The notes under the pieces are model-generated. The model saw nothing but the letters and a program-made list of their open reading frames with translations. It did no database searches and had not been told where the DNA came from. Below, one piece after another: positions 1 to 12,868 of a stretch of 64,000 nt of DNA. The DNA lies in NCBI GenBank assembly GCA_002633005.1, contig NMRA01000219.1, positions 287,990-351,989 of the forward strand, written 5' to 3'. How positions within the stretch are numbered: position 1 is the first letter of the stretch; the number at the start of each line of letters is the position of its first letter. The position numbers and the translations under genes are program-made. This DNA comes from Phoronis australis. Taxonomy: Eukaryota; Animalia; Phoronida.

Positions 1-684
1 ATGTACGCCACTCTCGGCACGTTTTGTGTATTTACTAGTTGACAAAGCCTAGTTTTTTGATAGAATTGAGGTCAAATGATAAATGAATGATGGTCTACAC
101 ACTCACACGCATATGATAGAACGTATGTTCATATTAATTCCGAAAAACTATGGTTTCACAATTAGGAATGGTTCTAAAAGACAGTTTAAGTCTTTCAGGG
201 CCTTATATCGTATGGATTGTGGGATCGTCGATCATCAAACGGGCGTTTGTTCATTCCAGGACAGGCCCAGGGGGCACGAACTTGGGTTTACAGTCAGTGG
301 GGATACAGAGCATCTTTTGGCAAGGCTTCGGCGGACCCCATTGGACCCAGCTCATCCCCAAACTGTGGACAATAAGCCGCCTCGAAGACCAGCCGTCGTG
401 CATCATCCTGCACTGCGCTGGCAATGACATTGGTCAAACCAAATTACGTACATGAGCTACGCACCACCCTCAAGGCAGATAGGTCTATTTCCCGGCAGAA
501 TTCACAACAAATGTCCACGCAGCACAATTGTTTGGCCCACAATACTACCACGGTTACCATGGAAAAGAGATATCAAGGAAGTCATGAACACACCCAGGGC
601 CAGAATCAACTCCATGGCGGCTAAAGCTGCTCTCATTCATTCTGGGTGCTATATCAGACACCCTGATCTTACGACGGATATCAG
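1..684 (+). repeat. Near-identical direct copy of 2040-2713 (probable alternate haplotype), includes frameshifted SGNH fragment
   Basis: atgtacgccactctcggc...acggatatcag recurs at 2040-2713 with few substitutions and small indels. Confidence 0.9.
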
Positions 685-1085
685 GGCCCGGTCTCCAATC
701 TTTTTACTCGAAATGGAACTCGAAATTAGGTTTGGAATTTTCTACTCCACATTTGGGCGAACTCAAGATAAGTATCTATTATTCTATGCTCGAGTACACA
801 ATAACTTACGTAGATAATTTATTGCCCCTAGTTCACAGTTTGTAAACCCAATATTAAAGCAATAAGTTTGAGTTTGAACTCGAAATTTCGAGTTTTTACT
901 CGAGTTTGTATCACGAATATAAGGGTCTTCAAGGGCAAACTTGAACTAGAAACTCCTATGCATAAACTATAATGTATTCGAGCACAGTCTGATAACCAAT
1001 TATCTTAAGGTCGCACAAAAGGAGCAGAGAAATTGCCAAAAATAGTTTCGAGTTCGTTTCGAGTACAAAGATTGGAGACCGGGCC
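685..1085. mobile_element. PIF/Harbinger-like MITE (~400 bp)
   Basis: TIRs ggcccggtctccaatcttt / aaagattggagaccgggcc; follows CAG; absent from the 2040-2713 copy; second copy at ~61357-61758. Confidence 0.85.
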
Positions 1086-1932
1086 CNAAGTGGGGGGTGA
1101 AAGCATAACTTGTATGCAAAAGTAATTGCTATTTTCTGTCCAAACCTATACAGGAAATACAAACAAAACACCAGAATTTAATACAAAGGTACTTTTATTG
1201 TAAATGCTTTCAATATAAGTGGGAATATGTCCGTTTTTTTGAAATATTTGTTATTACTTTTGAGAATTTTGGAATTCTGGTAAAATTAATCGTCAAAATG
1301 AGTAATTACTAGTAAAGGGCAGTGAAAAAAACATTCTAGTTACAAATTGATTCGTAAGGCATCAAATGCCCTGCTCAGTCAAGCAAATCTTAACGTAACG
1401 ATATATTTCTTGAAAAGAGGTAAGATGAAAACAATGGCAACTGTGCAGTGAACTTATAATATCTCCTGGAACTAGTTAAAAAACAACATTTGATATTTTA
1501 GTTTCCTAGGAATCAGCGCCTGGGTTGCAGACGATATAGTATTCAGCAATTGAAAACTGAGACATAAGTGTCTTATAATTAACAGTTTTGCGCCAGATTT
1601 TACGTTTAGGACCTGGTTGCATGGCGAGTCCTAGTTACACTGCTGCAATTGTATTACTGTAAACTATATTCGGAAAGTTTGAGTATCGAACCGGCTGAAG
1701 ACGTCGAGTCGACATATGACCTACCTTTTCAACTTCCATGTCAGAGGTCACTTTTGAAGTAGTGCGGGAGATGAATACCGAAAACTTTATTACATGGCTG
1801 TATTTCCCTCGACAGATTCAACGCCTATGGGATAAATATAGGATGTGATCCGCCATGTGAACAGTCTGGGTGAAGTATTTTTTAAAATCTGCCAAAAAAT
1901 GTAAGAAACTTAGGAATTCGAAGCGCATTGGA

Positions 1933-2073
1933 TAAATACAAAACGTAACTCGATTGGCGTACAAGAAGTAATATCCCACTCGACCTTATTCCGCGTATCG
2001 ACCCGATACGCGGAATAATGTCTCGTGGGATATTACTTCATGTACGCCACTCTCGGCACGTTTTGTGTATTTA
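1933..2073. repeat. Palindromic (hairpin) mini-element
   Basis: gaagtaatatcccac..ttattccgcgtatcg-acc-cgatacgcggaataa..gtgggatattacttc; related partial hairpin at 5222-5290; right arm also at 1-34. Confidence 0.75.
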
Positions 2074-2234
2074 CTAGTTGACAAAGCCTAGTTTTTTTCG
2101 ATAGAATTGAGGTCAAATGATAAATGAATGATGGTCTACACACTCACACGCATATGATAGAACGTATGTTCATATTAATTTCGAAAAACTATGGTTTCAC
2201 AATTAGGAATGGTTCTAAAAGACAGTTTAAAAGG

Positions 2235-2810
2235 GCCTTATACCGTATGGATTGTGGGGTCGTCGATCATCAAACGGGCGTTCGTTCATTCCAGGACAAG
2301 CCCAGGGAGCACGAACTTGGGTTTACAGTCAGTGGGGATACAGAGCATCTTTTGGCAAGGCTTCGGCGGACCCCATTGGACCCAGCTCATCCCCAAACTG
2401 TGGAACAAGCCGCCTCGAAGACCAGCCGTCGTGCATCATCCTGCACTGTGCTGGCAATGACATTGGTCAAACCAAATTACGTACATGAGCTACGCACCAC
2501 CCTCAAGGCAGATAAGTCTATTTCCAGAATTCACAACACATGTCCACGCAGCACAATTGTTTGGCCCACAATACTACCACGGTTACCATGGAAAAGAGAT
2601 ATCATGGAAGTCATGAACACACCCAGGGCCAGAATCAACTCCATGGCGGCTAAAGCTGCTCTCATTCATTCTGGGTGCTATATCAGACACCCTTACCTTA
2701 CGACGGATATCAGGTTGTTGTTCCATCCTGATGGAGTCCGCTTGTCTCCGCTAGGAAACGATATTTTTCTCAATGCCATTAAGGGTGTCTTAGAGCAATT
2801 CCCACTACTG
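2235..2810 (+). pseudogene. SGNH/GDSL hydrolase relic of the type carried by Ngaro/DIRS tyrosine-recombinase retrotransposons
   Basis: Across frameshifts: VWIVGSS (block I), WQGFGG, IILHCAGNDIG (block III), ILPRL.W, LFHPDGVRLS (block V, His replaced by Arg). Confidence 0.7.
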
Positions 2811-4025
2811 GCAGACCTCGGTTGTATGGTCAATACCTCTGTCAGTTATGCTTAGATAAGAGCCTTTTAGATGGTAGCTTTGTTTGGGTGTATCATCATG
2901 TTATATTATATTATATTATATTATGTTGTATTGTTCAAAAGCCCGACTACTTTTTCCCACATCCCCTGCCACTCCTATTCGTCCCTTGCGTACCAGGGTC
3001 ACGGCTTTCCACGCGGGTTGTGGTGATGGACAGGATTGTTCATCCATGAACAACCCTGCCCGTCTGGCACAAACTGAGCCACAACACCATGTTCCTTACA
3101 ATATCTCTTTTTATCACTCCGGCTGATCTGCTCACTCAGCTTGTCCGGAACCTGCTTTTTCAGGTTTGTTATAGCCCAGTTGGCTGTTTTGTACCCACTT
3201 GGTACTTTATAAGATATTTGCCCATTTGACCGTTTGTATACATTTTGTATTTATTGTTGTATTTGCCGTTTTGCTCGACCCACTTGGTACGCAATCAGCG
3301 AATACCCATTTGGTACTATACTAACTTGTGCCAATTGGTATCCTTTACCCAACTACACATTGGGTATTGGGTAAATGTGTGTTTTATATCTCGTAATTAA
3401 GGTACCAATCTGGTACCTTCTGTGAAATAATTATTTGTAGAGCTGTGGCCGCTGATCAAACGTGTTGCCTGGCTTCAAAACGCGATGGCCTCACCCAAAA
3501 AGCTAGTGGGTTGGACTCAAACAAAAGCTAGTTGGTTGGATTCAAAACTCGATGGCCGGAGCTATAACGGTGATCAACTACGACGCCCAGACTTCCTCAG
3601 AGACTTGCTTTAAGTATCTCGAAGGATTCAAGTGGCATCTACAACTGATTTCATAAAGGTGGCTTAAAGTTAAACCTGGTTTTAATTGGGCTTAAACCAG
3701 GTTTAAAGATAATCTGCATTTCGTAAAGATGATTTAACTTTTAGACCAATGGTCTAGTAAATCTGGTTTAATTTCAATTTAGACCTGGTCTAAGTCAATT
3801 TTCATTTCATCAACGAGGTCTATATTCCCTAGACCTGTATATTATCGTAAACCAGGTTTAACTTTAGACTTGGTCAGACCAAGGTTTAGTATCGTTAAAT
3901 ATGTCAGAGTTGCATGATATGGTTGCAACTGAATGATGCCGCGGTGGGCATTTACGACGCAGTTTTAGAGCGAAAATGGACTATTTGCAATATTCAGTTT
4001 TACCACGACACAAGATCAAACGTAG

Positions 4026-4178
4026 CAGGAGCGGATCCACGATTTTTAAGGGGGGGGTCGGTCAAGGATTTTTTAAAAGGGGGGACCAAGTCAACAATTT
4101 GAAAGTTATAGATTTGATATCGCTAAAATCAAGGGGAAAAGGGGGTCCGGACCCCTTGACCCCTTGGATCCGCCTATG
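4026..4178. mobile_element. Small MITE (CAGG.GCGGATCC family)
   Basis: caggagcggatcca / tggatccgcctatg ends; flanks cgtag/cgtat; related right ends near 7000-7012 and 7501-7515. Confidence 0.65.
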
Positions 4179-4630
4179 CGTATCCCAGTACGTGCTGAAG
4201 AGTGTCCTTCAGATTCTTCAGAATACGAATGGTCGAGCAGGGCATCATCGTCATAAGCACTACGGGTTTGACTGAAGACAGCATCTTCTGATTCTTCTGA
4301 CAGAGTTTCGCCCCCACTGGTCCCCAATTTAATGTTGCCGGAAAGGGGTCTTTCCCGCCCTTTGGCCTCAAAAATGAACACTAAAATGACACATTTGGGC
4401 ATTTATCATGTTGCGGCTAATTGTGAGCACGTACTTTAATGTGCGCACGTGGGTTGAGCACATTTTTCTCATGAGAAAAGCTTTTAGACATTTTTCGCAA
4501 ATGTCTGCACTGGTTCTACTGATTCCATTGTATAACCACATGATCAAAGTTTCATTGAAGCACTTCAATTGTTTCTTTGTTGGGTTAATCCAGACCGACA
4601 CAGTAGTGTGGCTTGGATACTTTAAACCTG

Positions 4631-4783
4631 GCGTGTGTTCAGTAACGCTAGGACCTACGCGGCTAGGACCTAGCTAAAATCTAGCCAAAGTCACGTGTCC
4701 TCATTTAAAATACACGGCAATATCTCACGTAATCTCACGAAGTCTTGCTTTTTAGCGAGATCCAAGCGTTACTGAACGGCAGG
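4631..4783. mobile_element. Small MITE with CTG target duplication
   Basis: TIR core gttcagtaacgct / agcgttactgaac; flanked by CTG on both sides. Confidence 0.7.
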
Positions 4784-5029
4784 CTGGTTTTACTATACCG
4801 GCTCCTTGGTCTAACAAAACCAGGCTTTCAGACTTTTAAACCACGTTGATGAAATGCAGGTTAGGTCTAAATTTAGACCAGGTTTAGGAGGACCAGGTTT
4901 AAGTCTTAAACCTGGTTTGTTAAAGCACCTTCATGAAATTGGCTGCTAGTGTTTATTTTTCGTAACCGTTGGTTTAATTTGTTTTGTTCGAAATCGGCGA
5001 TTTGTTCGGCAATTGTGTTTTAAGCACCA

Positions 5030-5200
5030 GCTAACCCGTTTTAGGTCCGACTAGCCATTTTTGGGTGCGGCCATCTGGTTTTGAGGTACCGGCCAACCTG
5101 GTTTGAGGTTCCACCACCAAGTTAGGACACCGGCCACTGGGTTTTGTAATCCAACCAGCTGGATTTGAAGTCCTGCCAAGTGGTTTTGAAGTCCGACCAA
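5030..5200. repeat. Degenerate ~21-bp minisatellite
   Basis: Units resembling ccggccaactggttttgaagt repeated about 8 times; inverted related block at ~3470-3560. Confidence 0.6.
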
Positions 5201-6803
5201 TTGTTGATTCTCCCCCCTTGATTATTCCGCGCATCGACCGAGATCGAAGGAATTGGTCTATACGCGGAATAACGTCTCGTGGGATATTTTTCATCCTCGT
5301 ATCGACCGAAACCTCCGACCTTACGACCCTAGGACTGGTCGCGAGAGTTTGCAACCGAGTTTTGAACGAGTGTTGTACATATCAAATCAAGCCTAATTTT
5401 ATCGCTTCGTTTTCGTTTTCGTTTTGTCATTATTGCTCATCAAGCGAGACCCTTGAAGTAGGTTAAGTACAATCAGCGATTTCTCAGTGAAATTAGTCAT
5501 CAAACCCAACAATTACACTGGTATTTTTTTATAAGCACCGATCTGTGGCCCTGGCTGGATGCTAGGAATAGTTTGGCTTCTGATATCTATTCAACTCCAG
5601 TTGTATAGTTACTTTCGACAACCTATTAAACTGCATGCCTCGATTTTTTTTCAAAAAGACATTTTTGGGTGTTGAATTCGTGTTACATTAATTTATGGAA
5701 AGAAGTAAATTTAGTTTGTCAGTGTTTGCTCTGCAGTTATAGACCTAAATGAAAAGTTTAGGCCCAAAAAACAGGTGTATTTACAAACCTTTCAAAAGTT
5801 ACTAATAATTGGGTACCTGAATATGTGTGTGCGTGTGTATTGTTACTGTTTTCAATTGTTTCTATAATAACTCATTTGAGCAATGTTTACCTGTTGCCAA
5901 AATGCCGTTTTTGTGTAAGTTCAATTTCGAGCAGTAGGCCTATTGTTGTCTAGGGCTGCAACCGTTTTGAACCTATAATTGAATCGGAATTCTTTGGTCA
6001 CGATTCGATTACCGATTTGCGGATCATGACAGTTCGATTATTTGCTTATGATATGAGAGTAATTCAAAATCCCCCCACCCCCGTGGCTGCCGCAAAAAAA
6101 ACAAAACAGCAAGAGCGTAGGGAAATGTTGAGTTTATTAATTAACCCCGATAATTAAAATTATACGGATGAAACAAGATTTAAATGTGTGCAGTTTTAGT
6201 GTTGGGGGGGGGCTCAGATACAATTTCAAGTGTCAAATTTGGAACACGGCGCATTCGTAACGGAACTATGGCTAAGTATAGGCTCTCCCGCGATATCCCA
6301 GGCGACCGGCAGTGGCGCTTCACACTACGACTCCGTTTCCGTCGTCTGATCCACTGTGCAGTGAAGAAAGTTTACTTCATTTTTTAAAGAAAATGGAATC
6401 TGAGTGACGATGAAAAAACAGAAGCTGCTGGTAAGATGTGAATTTCAATCGAAGTCTTAGTGAATCACTCAGAAAATCATAATCCTCTCTTTGTCAAACC
6501 TTAACTTAAGACGATTTCCAAAGCAATCCCGTCATTATTGCCAACACGAAAAACGAATTTGGTCTTGTGAGCATTTGAAGACTATTTTAAATACAACAAA
6601 TTTGTTGAGAACCGATTGCACAAAATATAAAACGTGTAATAAGCATTACAAAAAGAAGTACGTTTCGCGCGCAAACGCTGTGGACTATAAACAAGTTGGT
6701 CTCTTATTAACAGCTTAGGAATTAAATTTTGGTGGTGTAGTGGTAAAGCACGCGCGCTCTATCCGCCAGGTGGTGAGCACGGGTCTGTGGTACTTGCATT
6801 TTT

Positions 6804-6929
6804 NNNNNNNNNNNNNNNNNNNNNNNNNNNNNNNNNNNNNNNNNNNNNNNNNNNNNNNNNNNNNNNNNNNNNNNNNNNNNNNNNNNNNNNNNNNNNNNNN
6901 NNNNNNNNNNNNNNNNNNNNNNNNNNNNN
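6804..6929. other. Assembly gap (also 13505-13557 and single N at 1087 and 26822)
   Basis: Runs of N. Confidence 0.99.
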
Positions 6930-8044
6930 CATCTACAATCGTGGTTTGCGCGAATGCTTACAGCCGGACAAAATGTTGGGCCCCTCCTTGTGATATCCTA
7001 GATCCGCCACTGTAAAACGGGCAGTTATCGAAGTAAATAAAATCAAAGGACCCCCGAGCCAATAGCTTAAGCCCAAACAAGAACTGTGCATAAAGGCGCG
7101 TGCAAGTGGTAGCGACAGTATCGTGCAATTGACCGGGCACAAAAATATCCAAAGCCTGAGCAATAGTACGCCACAGCAGGTATCATTGAGCAGTGCAACC
7201 TGTGCTCGGCGCAAGACCGTTAGTGAACAAATCAGCTAGGCTGATTATACCATTAGTAGCATCAGCTACAACTTTCACTGCAAGATCTAGCGTGACACTC
7301 CCCAATCCACAGTCTCCCACCCTGACACCACATAGATGGCGCACCATAGGGGACTGGGAGATATAACTCCCACTTTTTCATTGCTGTGCCGCCCATGGAT
7401 TTAAAGGAACCAAGGGAGCCATGGCCCCCAGATTCTATTTGGCAGTTTGGGGTGCGAATATCTGGCTAATGCTCTTCCCTGTCCCCCCTAACTTAAATTC
7501 CTGGATCCGCCCCTGTGGGGGCTATAGCCCCACTTTTTTCATTGCTGCGCCACCAGTTCGCCTCGGCTTGAACTCTCAGTTTATCATCGGACTGCTCCTC
7601 AACCAACACATCCAGTATCCTAACGTCCATTTTCGGAAATTCGACAATAACTGGCGTGGTCCTCAGCATCACAGTTAATATAAAGAAACGTAAATCCGAC
7701 TCACCGCGCGCCGGCAACAGTAGCAGCACTAACAACAGTCGATTTAAAAATTTGATCGCGTCGCTTCGGTCAACAAAAATAGGTCCTATCAGCCAGTTAT
7801 GGATTTTCAAATTTTTGAATTTATTGAATTATTACATTATTGGTGTTATGTTATGTATTTATTTTTTTAAATCCATGCGTTTCGTGTATTCATGTGTACA
7901 GTGCGACTTGCTAAATGCGATTAAAACAATAAAAAGTGTGGTCGCTTCTCACCAGTGTCGTTGTATTCCTACGCGTATTGACCAAAGAGGAAGAAATTAG
8001 GACTCGGCAAAGAAATATGGGTTAAATCTTAGGTATGTGGTATA

Positions 8045-8206
8045 AATGTGTTAAACTGCACGTGCTTTTATAGCCTATGGCTGTCTTATTAGCCTCGCTT
8101 GATGTGTCGTGTCAGTAATTTCACGAGGCCGGAGTGAAAATACTCACACGGCGCATCAACCGAGGCTAATAACAGGCTATAAAAGCACGTGTAGTGTTAA
8201 CACATT
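8045..8206. repeat. Palindromic hairpin element immediately upstream of SAMHD1 start, contains TATAAAAG
   Basis: aatgtgttaa..cacgtgcttttatagcct..tattagcctcg / cgaggctaata..aggctataaaagcacgtg..ttaacacatt. Confidence 0.8.
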
Positions 8207-8291
8207 ATGCAAATACGGTCTCTGATATAAATTCATAGATCACGTGCACGAGTCGGTAGGCATTCCATAGAGCACTGTGTGTTTCGACGGA

Positions 8292-8448
8292 ATGGAGCGG
8301 AAACGAAAGATTAGTGGGGTTCAAACCAGAAGCGATACCAAAAGACAGCGCACTGAAAAAGATGTGACAAGCTGGGACATAACGAGACTGGGCGATTATT
8401 TAAAAGAAGAACATAAAATAGAACAATCTGTTATTGAAATATTTTCAG
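8292..8448 (+). CDS. SAMHD1: SAMHD1 exon 1 (NLS-like KRK/KRQR; start of SAM domain)
   Basis: MERKRKISGVQTRSDTKRQRTEKDVTSWDITRLGDYLKEEHKIEQSVIEIFS; donor tcag|gtaaga, phase 1, joins exon 2 in frame. Confidence 0.85.
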
Positions 8449-10720
8449 GTAAGACATAATTTCACCTTATTTAATAACTAGTTGCCTGGCGACCAGCAAT
8501 TGCTATGCTCGGACACGGCATCTGTTGAAACTCAAGGAGAAAGCAACCACGTGTTATCAGTGTTTTTGTTAAAAGTTGTTTACTTCAAAAGTACAGATCC
8601 TTGTTTTTCTTGGACAGGCGTTTTCCACGTCCATTAGCAGCGTTTACATGTGAGCATTTTCTCCGCTATTTCTTCACTACTTTTACGCTTATTTTTAAGC
8701 GGTAATTTGTAACTAGTTACATGATCATTTTCTCCGCTATTTATTGGAATTGTGCTCTAAGGCAACTGGCACGAAGCGAGGTTATGGAGTGCATGGGTTT
8801 GGTGAGTCACGTCTGGTATCTGCACGTGGCCCTAGTGAAAAAATGCCAATTAAAACATCCATGGAAATGGCTCTGTTATAGTTGCCCTTCGCCTATATTT
8901 GTTGAAGCCTTTTTTTGTAAGCAAGGCAGTCGAAATAGTCCATTTTCTTTTTAGATCGGTAATTTTGCCGCGCTGAATGTTTAGAAATTTTTAACGTGCG
9001 TGAAAATTTAGTTTGTGTATCATAAAGTATGCGCGGACTTCAACTGAATTTTCATACTCCACCGCACGTTTGCATTCGACCTTGAGTTCAAAATTCACGC
9101 CAGGCAAAATGGCTCGGCACCGTCTTAGCCCCACCTCGTATAAGTCCAATGGAGGGGAGTGAAGGTTGGTTTGATATAAAAATTAGGTCAAATCAAATTT
9201 CTGCAAGCCGGACGAAGATTTTTTATTTCTTTGGCAAAAGTCCTATTTTTGTAAAATTTTAAATAAAATTGGAAAATTCTACACCAAAAATGAAAATGAA
9301 AGTTCTTCTTCCGGTTTGCCCATCCCCCAACCCCCTCTAAATAAATCATTATACAAACGTAACAAGAGTGATGAGCGCAAAATATACAAACTGACGCTTT
9401 TGAAACCTGTGGATTTTCCAGTGTGTAATGTGACGTCACTTCCGCGTCGTTTGCGATGGCAGCCAAGTAAATAATGAAGTGCAAGTGCTTTTGTATCGCT
9501 TCACAGCTATTTTAGCGCAGTTGTGCACGGCGAAGACCAGTTTCATTTTTATTAGAGTAAAGAAATTTGTTTTTATGGATTTTACGTAGTTACTTGGCGT
9601 TTCAAATGATTTTTAACCTTGTATTAAACTCAAATTGTGTGTAACTTTCAACTGAGGATATAATTTTCCATTTCAGTACAGATCACTGCGAATGCCTTCT
9701 GGGTACACTTTTGCCCTGTACTGTAGAAATCTAGAAACAATGTAATGAATTGCTGTACGAAGCTGAATTTCCGTTATTTCTGTTCAGCTATAAGACGACT
9801 ACATAAATAAAGATTGAGAAATACACGTGAAGAATGTTCATTATGAGAAAAAAGTTTCCATTTTTATATTAATATATCTCATATAACAAGATCTTCACAA
9901 CTATCTAATTCTCAGACATAAATCGTCACATTCACTGTTGTGGCTAAGTACTCTAACTATGCCACCCCGGGTGGCAACAAACCTACCTTGTACGTTTCTA
10001 CCATTGAATATTACCAATCACACCTAACTAGTGTGCCTCAAGCTTTCCAAGATCATCCAAGGCACCGGCAAGCAAACAAACTAATGAAAAGCCATGTGTG
10101 GGTATAATATAAATGCTTAATAGAGCTTCTTATGCTTACCATAAGTTATAAATAATCTAAATGATCAAATGCTTTACAAAAAAGTATACGAGACGAGTCA
10201 AGTTTTGTAATAAAACAACACTTGGTAAGAACGTTACATACTACAAGTCTTCCAAAATGAAGATACAAATTAATTAACGTGAACATGCGATAAGGACCTA
10301 CAGAGGGAAAATAAAGAGAAATTAATTTTTTTGCAGTGACCAATATTACTTGAACACCCAGCCCACTGAGCTTATTAGTCAGTTTAAACAGATTACAAGA
10401 ACAGCAATGCACAATACAATTTGATACGAAACTTAAAAAAAAATTAAGAAATTAAGTGAACAGAAAATTTCGTCGTCTGTTATAAGCACCTTCTATAGTT
10501 CTAGCCAGATCATTACAAAAATAATTACAAAAAACAGCAACTTTGAAATTAACAGGTCGAAACCCGGGAGAATAAGTGTGATTTTATTAAACAACAAACT
10601 CTTAAATCTTCGTAAAAGGGACAAAGGCTAAAAAATGAATATAATCGTTATGTTTGCAATTTATAAAGCAAACAAAGTCTATTACATAGATGAATGTTAG
10701 AAACCCTACCAGTTTCAATA

Positions 10721-10969
10721 CATGCGCGCACCCAGCCTTCGACATGGGGGGCTCAAATTCCCGACGTTGTGGACCATTTGCTAACAAAAGAGTGGGCGGA
10801 CTAAACAAAAAAAACGGGAGCACCTGTGTGAATTGCGACTTTGCGCTTATTTAGTGGACATTGGTCCCATTTTCTCGGACTTTTTGTCTCTCGGGGGCAG
10901 ACCTTTTTGCCCACTTCGCCAATGGGGGCGCTCGTTCGAGCCCCCGACCCCCGCCTGGGTGCGCGCATG
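10721..10969. mobile_element. MITE, 15-bp TIR, 5-bp TSD
   Basis: catgcgcgcacccag / ctgggtgcgcgcatg flanked by caata on both sides. Confidence 0.85.
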
Positions 10970-11369
10970 CAATATGAAGTGGAAGAATTTCGAAACGATA
11001 TTGTGATAAAAGTGATGAACGATATCTGGTCAAACAGGAACGTGTGTGGTTTTCATTAAGAAGCCATTTTTTCAAAAATTTTGCAGGTTCTTAGCTTAAG
11101 TGATTGATTAACAATATTTTTCCAATCATCAACCGTCTTAATCAGATTTGTTTGTAAAATAGTGATATTGCAATTAATTTTGGATTCAAATAATATATGA
11201 TTTAACTGACAAAAGTTGAGCATCGTTTTTTTATCTATGAGGACCAATTTGAATTGTTTTGGTTGTAGTCCAATTCAAAAGTTTTTCTGGTAAATATTCC
11301 ACAATTAAAGCTCAACATTCTTTTCTACAGACGATCCATATTCATGTGATGATTATATCTCAGGGAAAT

Positions 11370-12190
11370 GCAGCCCATGTCACCTCTCATAGCAGCAATA
11401 GGACCTGAGCTATGGAAACGATACCTCTATTTTGTACAAAGTTACAACATCGAAAATCCTGAAATCTCAAGACTCCAGAGCAATATTCCACAATGGGTTG
11501 TCAGTAAGCAGGCGGAACAGAAATTGTTAAAAGTTTCGTAGCCAATATGTTCCAGGTTATGAAATTCATCTCCTTGATAGCAAGTAGCAGGATATGTTAA
11601 TAAAAACAACTACGAGTTCAAACCGGTTTAAATCCGTCGTTCTTTTTATTAAGTTATAAAATTCAGAAATTATGTCACCACTGCTGAATAATTCGAAATT
11701 TGAGCAGTGTCGTTAAAATAGACACCCAAGTATTTGTACTTCGATTTGTAAACAAGATTTAAAGTTCAAAAAGTAGTTGTAGTTATGACAGCGTAAGTCT
11801 TATTTCTAAAGTTGCAACATTTGTTTTTCCTTAATTAATACAATGTTTTCATTTTTCTACCACGCAAAAACATGGTTAAGCATAATTTAAGATTTCGTTC
11901 ATTTTCTGCTATTAAAACAATAATTGCGTACAAAATTAGATAAATTCAGGTTGTCTAACATAACACTTGAATTTAAATTTGTAATATAAACTGCAAGATC
12001 ATTGAGGAAAATATTGAATAGTGTAGGGGATAGCACGTCTCCGCACAAAACGATGAACGAACAAACAAATTTACCAACTACGATTAATGGAATTGATATG
12101 TTCGTAAAAAGCTTATTTTCCAATATAAGGTGTCAGCGAGGAACAATATTTCTGCGATATTTGAATTAGTACCATGCGTGTAGCCAAAAT
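11370..12190 (-). mobile_element. Highly decayed non-LTR retrotransposon RT fragment
   Basis: GDVLSPTLFNIFLNDL (ORF 11899-12123) and downstream YKYLGVYF on minus strand. Confidence 0.65.
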
Positions 12191-12369
12191 CAAATGCTAT
12201 ACATGTAATGTTAATTCATAAACTTCACCAAATTATTAAATTCGCATTGTACTCATTTGTCTAGGTAAATAATATTCTGGCTATATAGACACTTCACTGT
12301 CATTGTACGTCAAGATGTCACAGGGACGCAGCCGAAACTCCCAAACACACGAATTCCGAAAAAAAATCG

Positions 12370-12868
12370 TCTCCTGGATTTCCGAAAATAGACCCACCGA
12401 AAAGTTCGCCCGTCGGCATATTTTAGGACATTTTTACGAAACTACGATCGTGTGCCGGGTATTTACTGTAACTGCCTGCATGTTTTGAGAATCTGATGCT
12501 TTGTTTTAAAATACATATGTAAACATTTATGTATTTTGGCTAGATATTATATTTTGGATCACTCAAGTGACTATCATTTGATGAGATATTGTGTGCCTCT
12601 GTTGGTAAATAACTGTATTATCACAATGTAAAGGACGGCTTATATACACTGTCTTCGCAGAATGCGAATTAAGTATTGGTAAATAAAATTAGTGCAATAC
12701 AACTACATACATTAAAAGGAACTTTCGCTTTAATTGTATCATAAAATGTTTGCACAATTTCCAAGAATACTCCCTCCTTTCCGAAAATGCGCTCAGCTTC
12801 ATTTGACGCTTTTGAAAAGTCGTCTACAGAATATCCTCCCATGGGCCTATTTTCGGAAATTTATGGTA
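12370..12868. mobile_element. Possible MITE remnant
   Basis: atttccgaaaatagaccc near 12380 is inverted relative to gggcctattttcggaaat near 12843-12860. Confidence 0.4.

Larger units (their letters stand above)
3642..4945. mobile_element. Non-autonomous TIR element (Harbinger-like) with nested insertions
   Basis: Imperfect TIRs caactgatttcataaaggtg / caccttcatgaaattggctg; many subterminal aaacctggttt / agaccWggt palindromes at both ends. Confidence 0.65.

Noticed and set aside
83-427. ORFs 83-427 and N-terminal part of 2124-2855 as genes
   Set aside because: Out-of-frame readings of the frameshifted SGNH relic
5030-5200. CRISPR-like array
   Set aside because: Degenerate head-to-tail units without unique spacers; eukaryotic context; no cas genes
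7493-7810. Divergent minus-strand gene upstream of SAMHD1
   Set aside because: No recognisable domain; ORF runs into MITE sequence; no splice support
8299-8310. ISRE-like GAAACGAAAG
   Set aside because: Lies in the Arg-Lys-Arg-Lys codons of exon 1; explained by coding constraint
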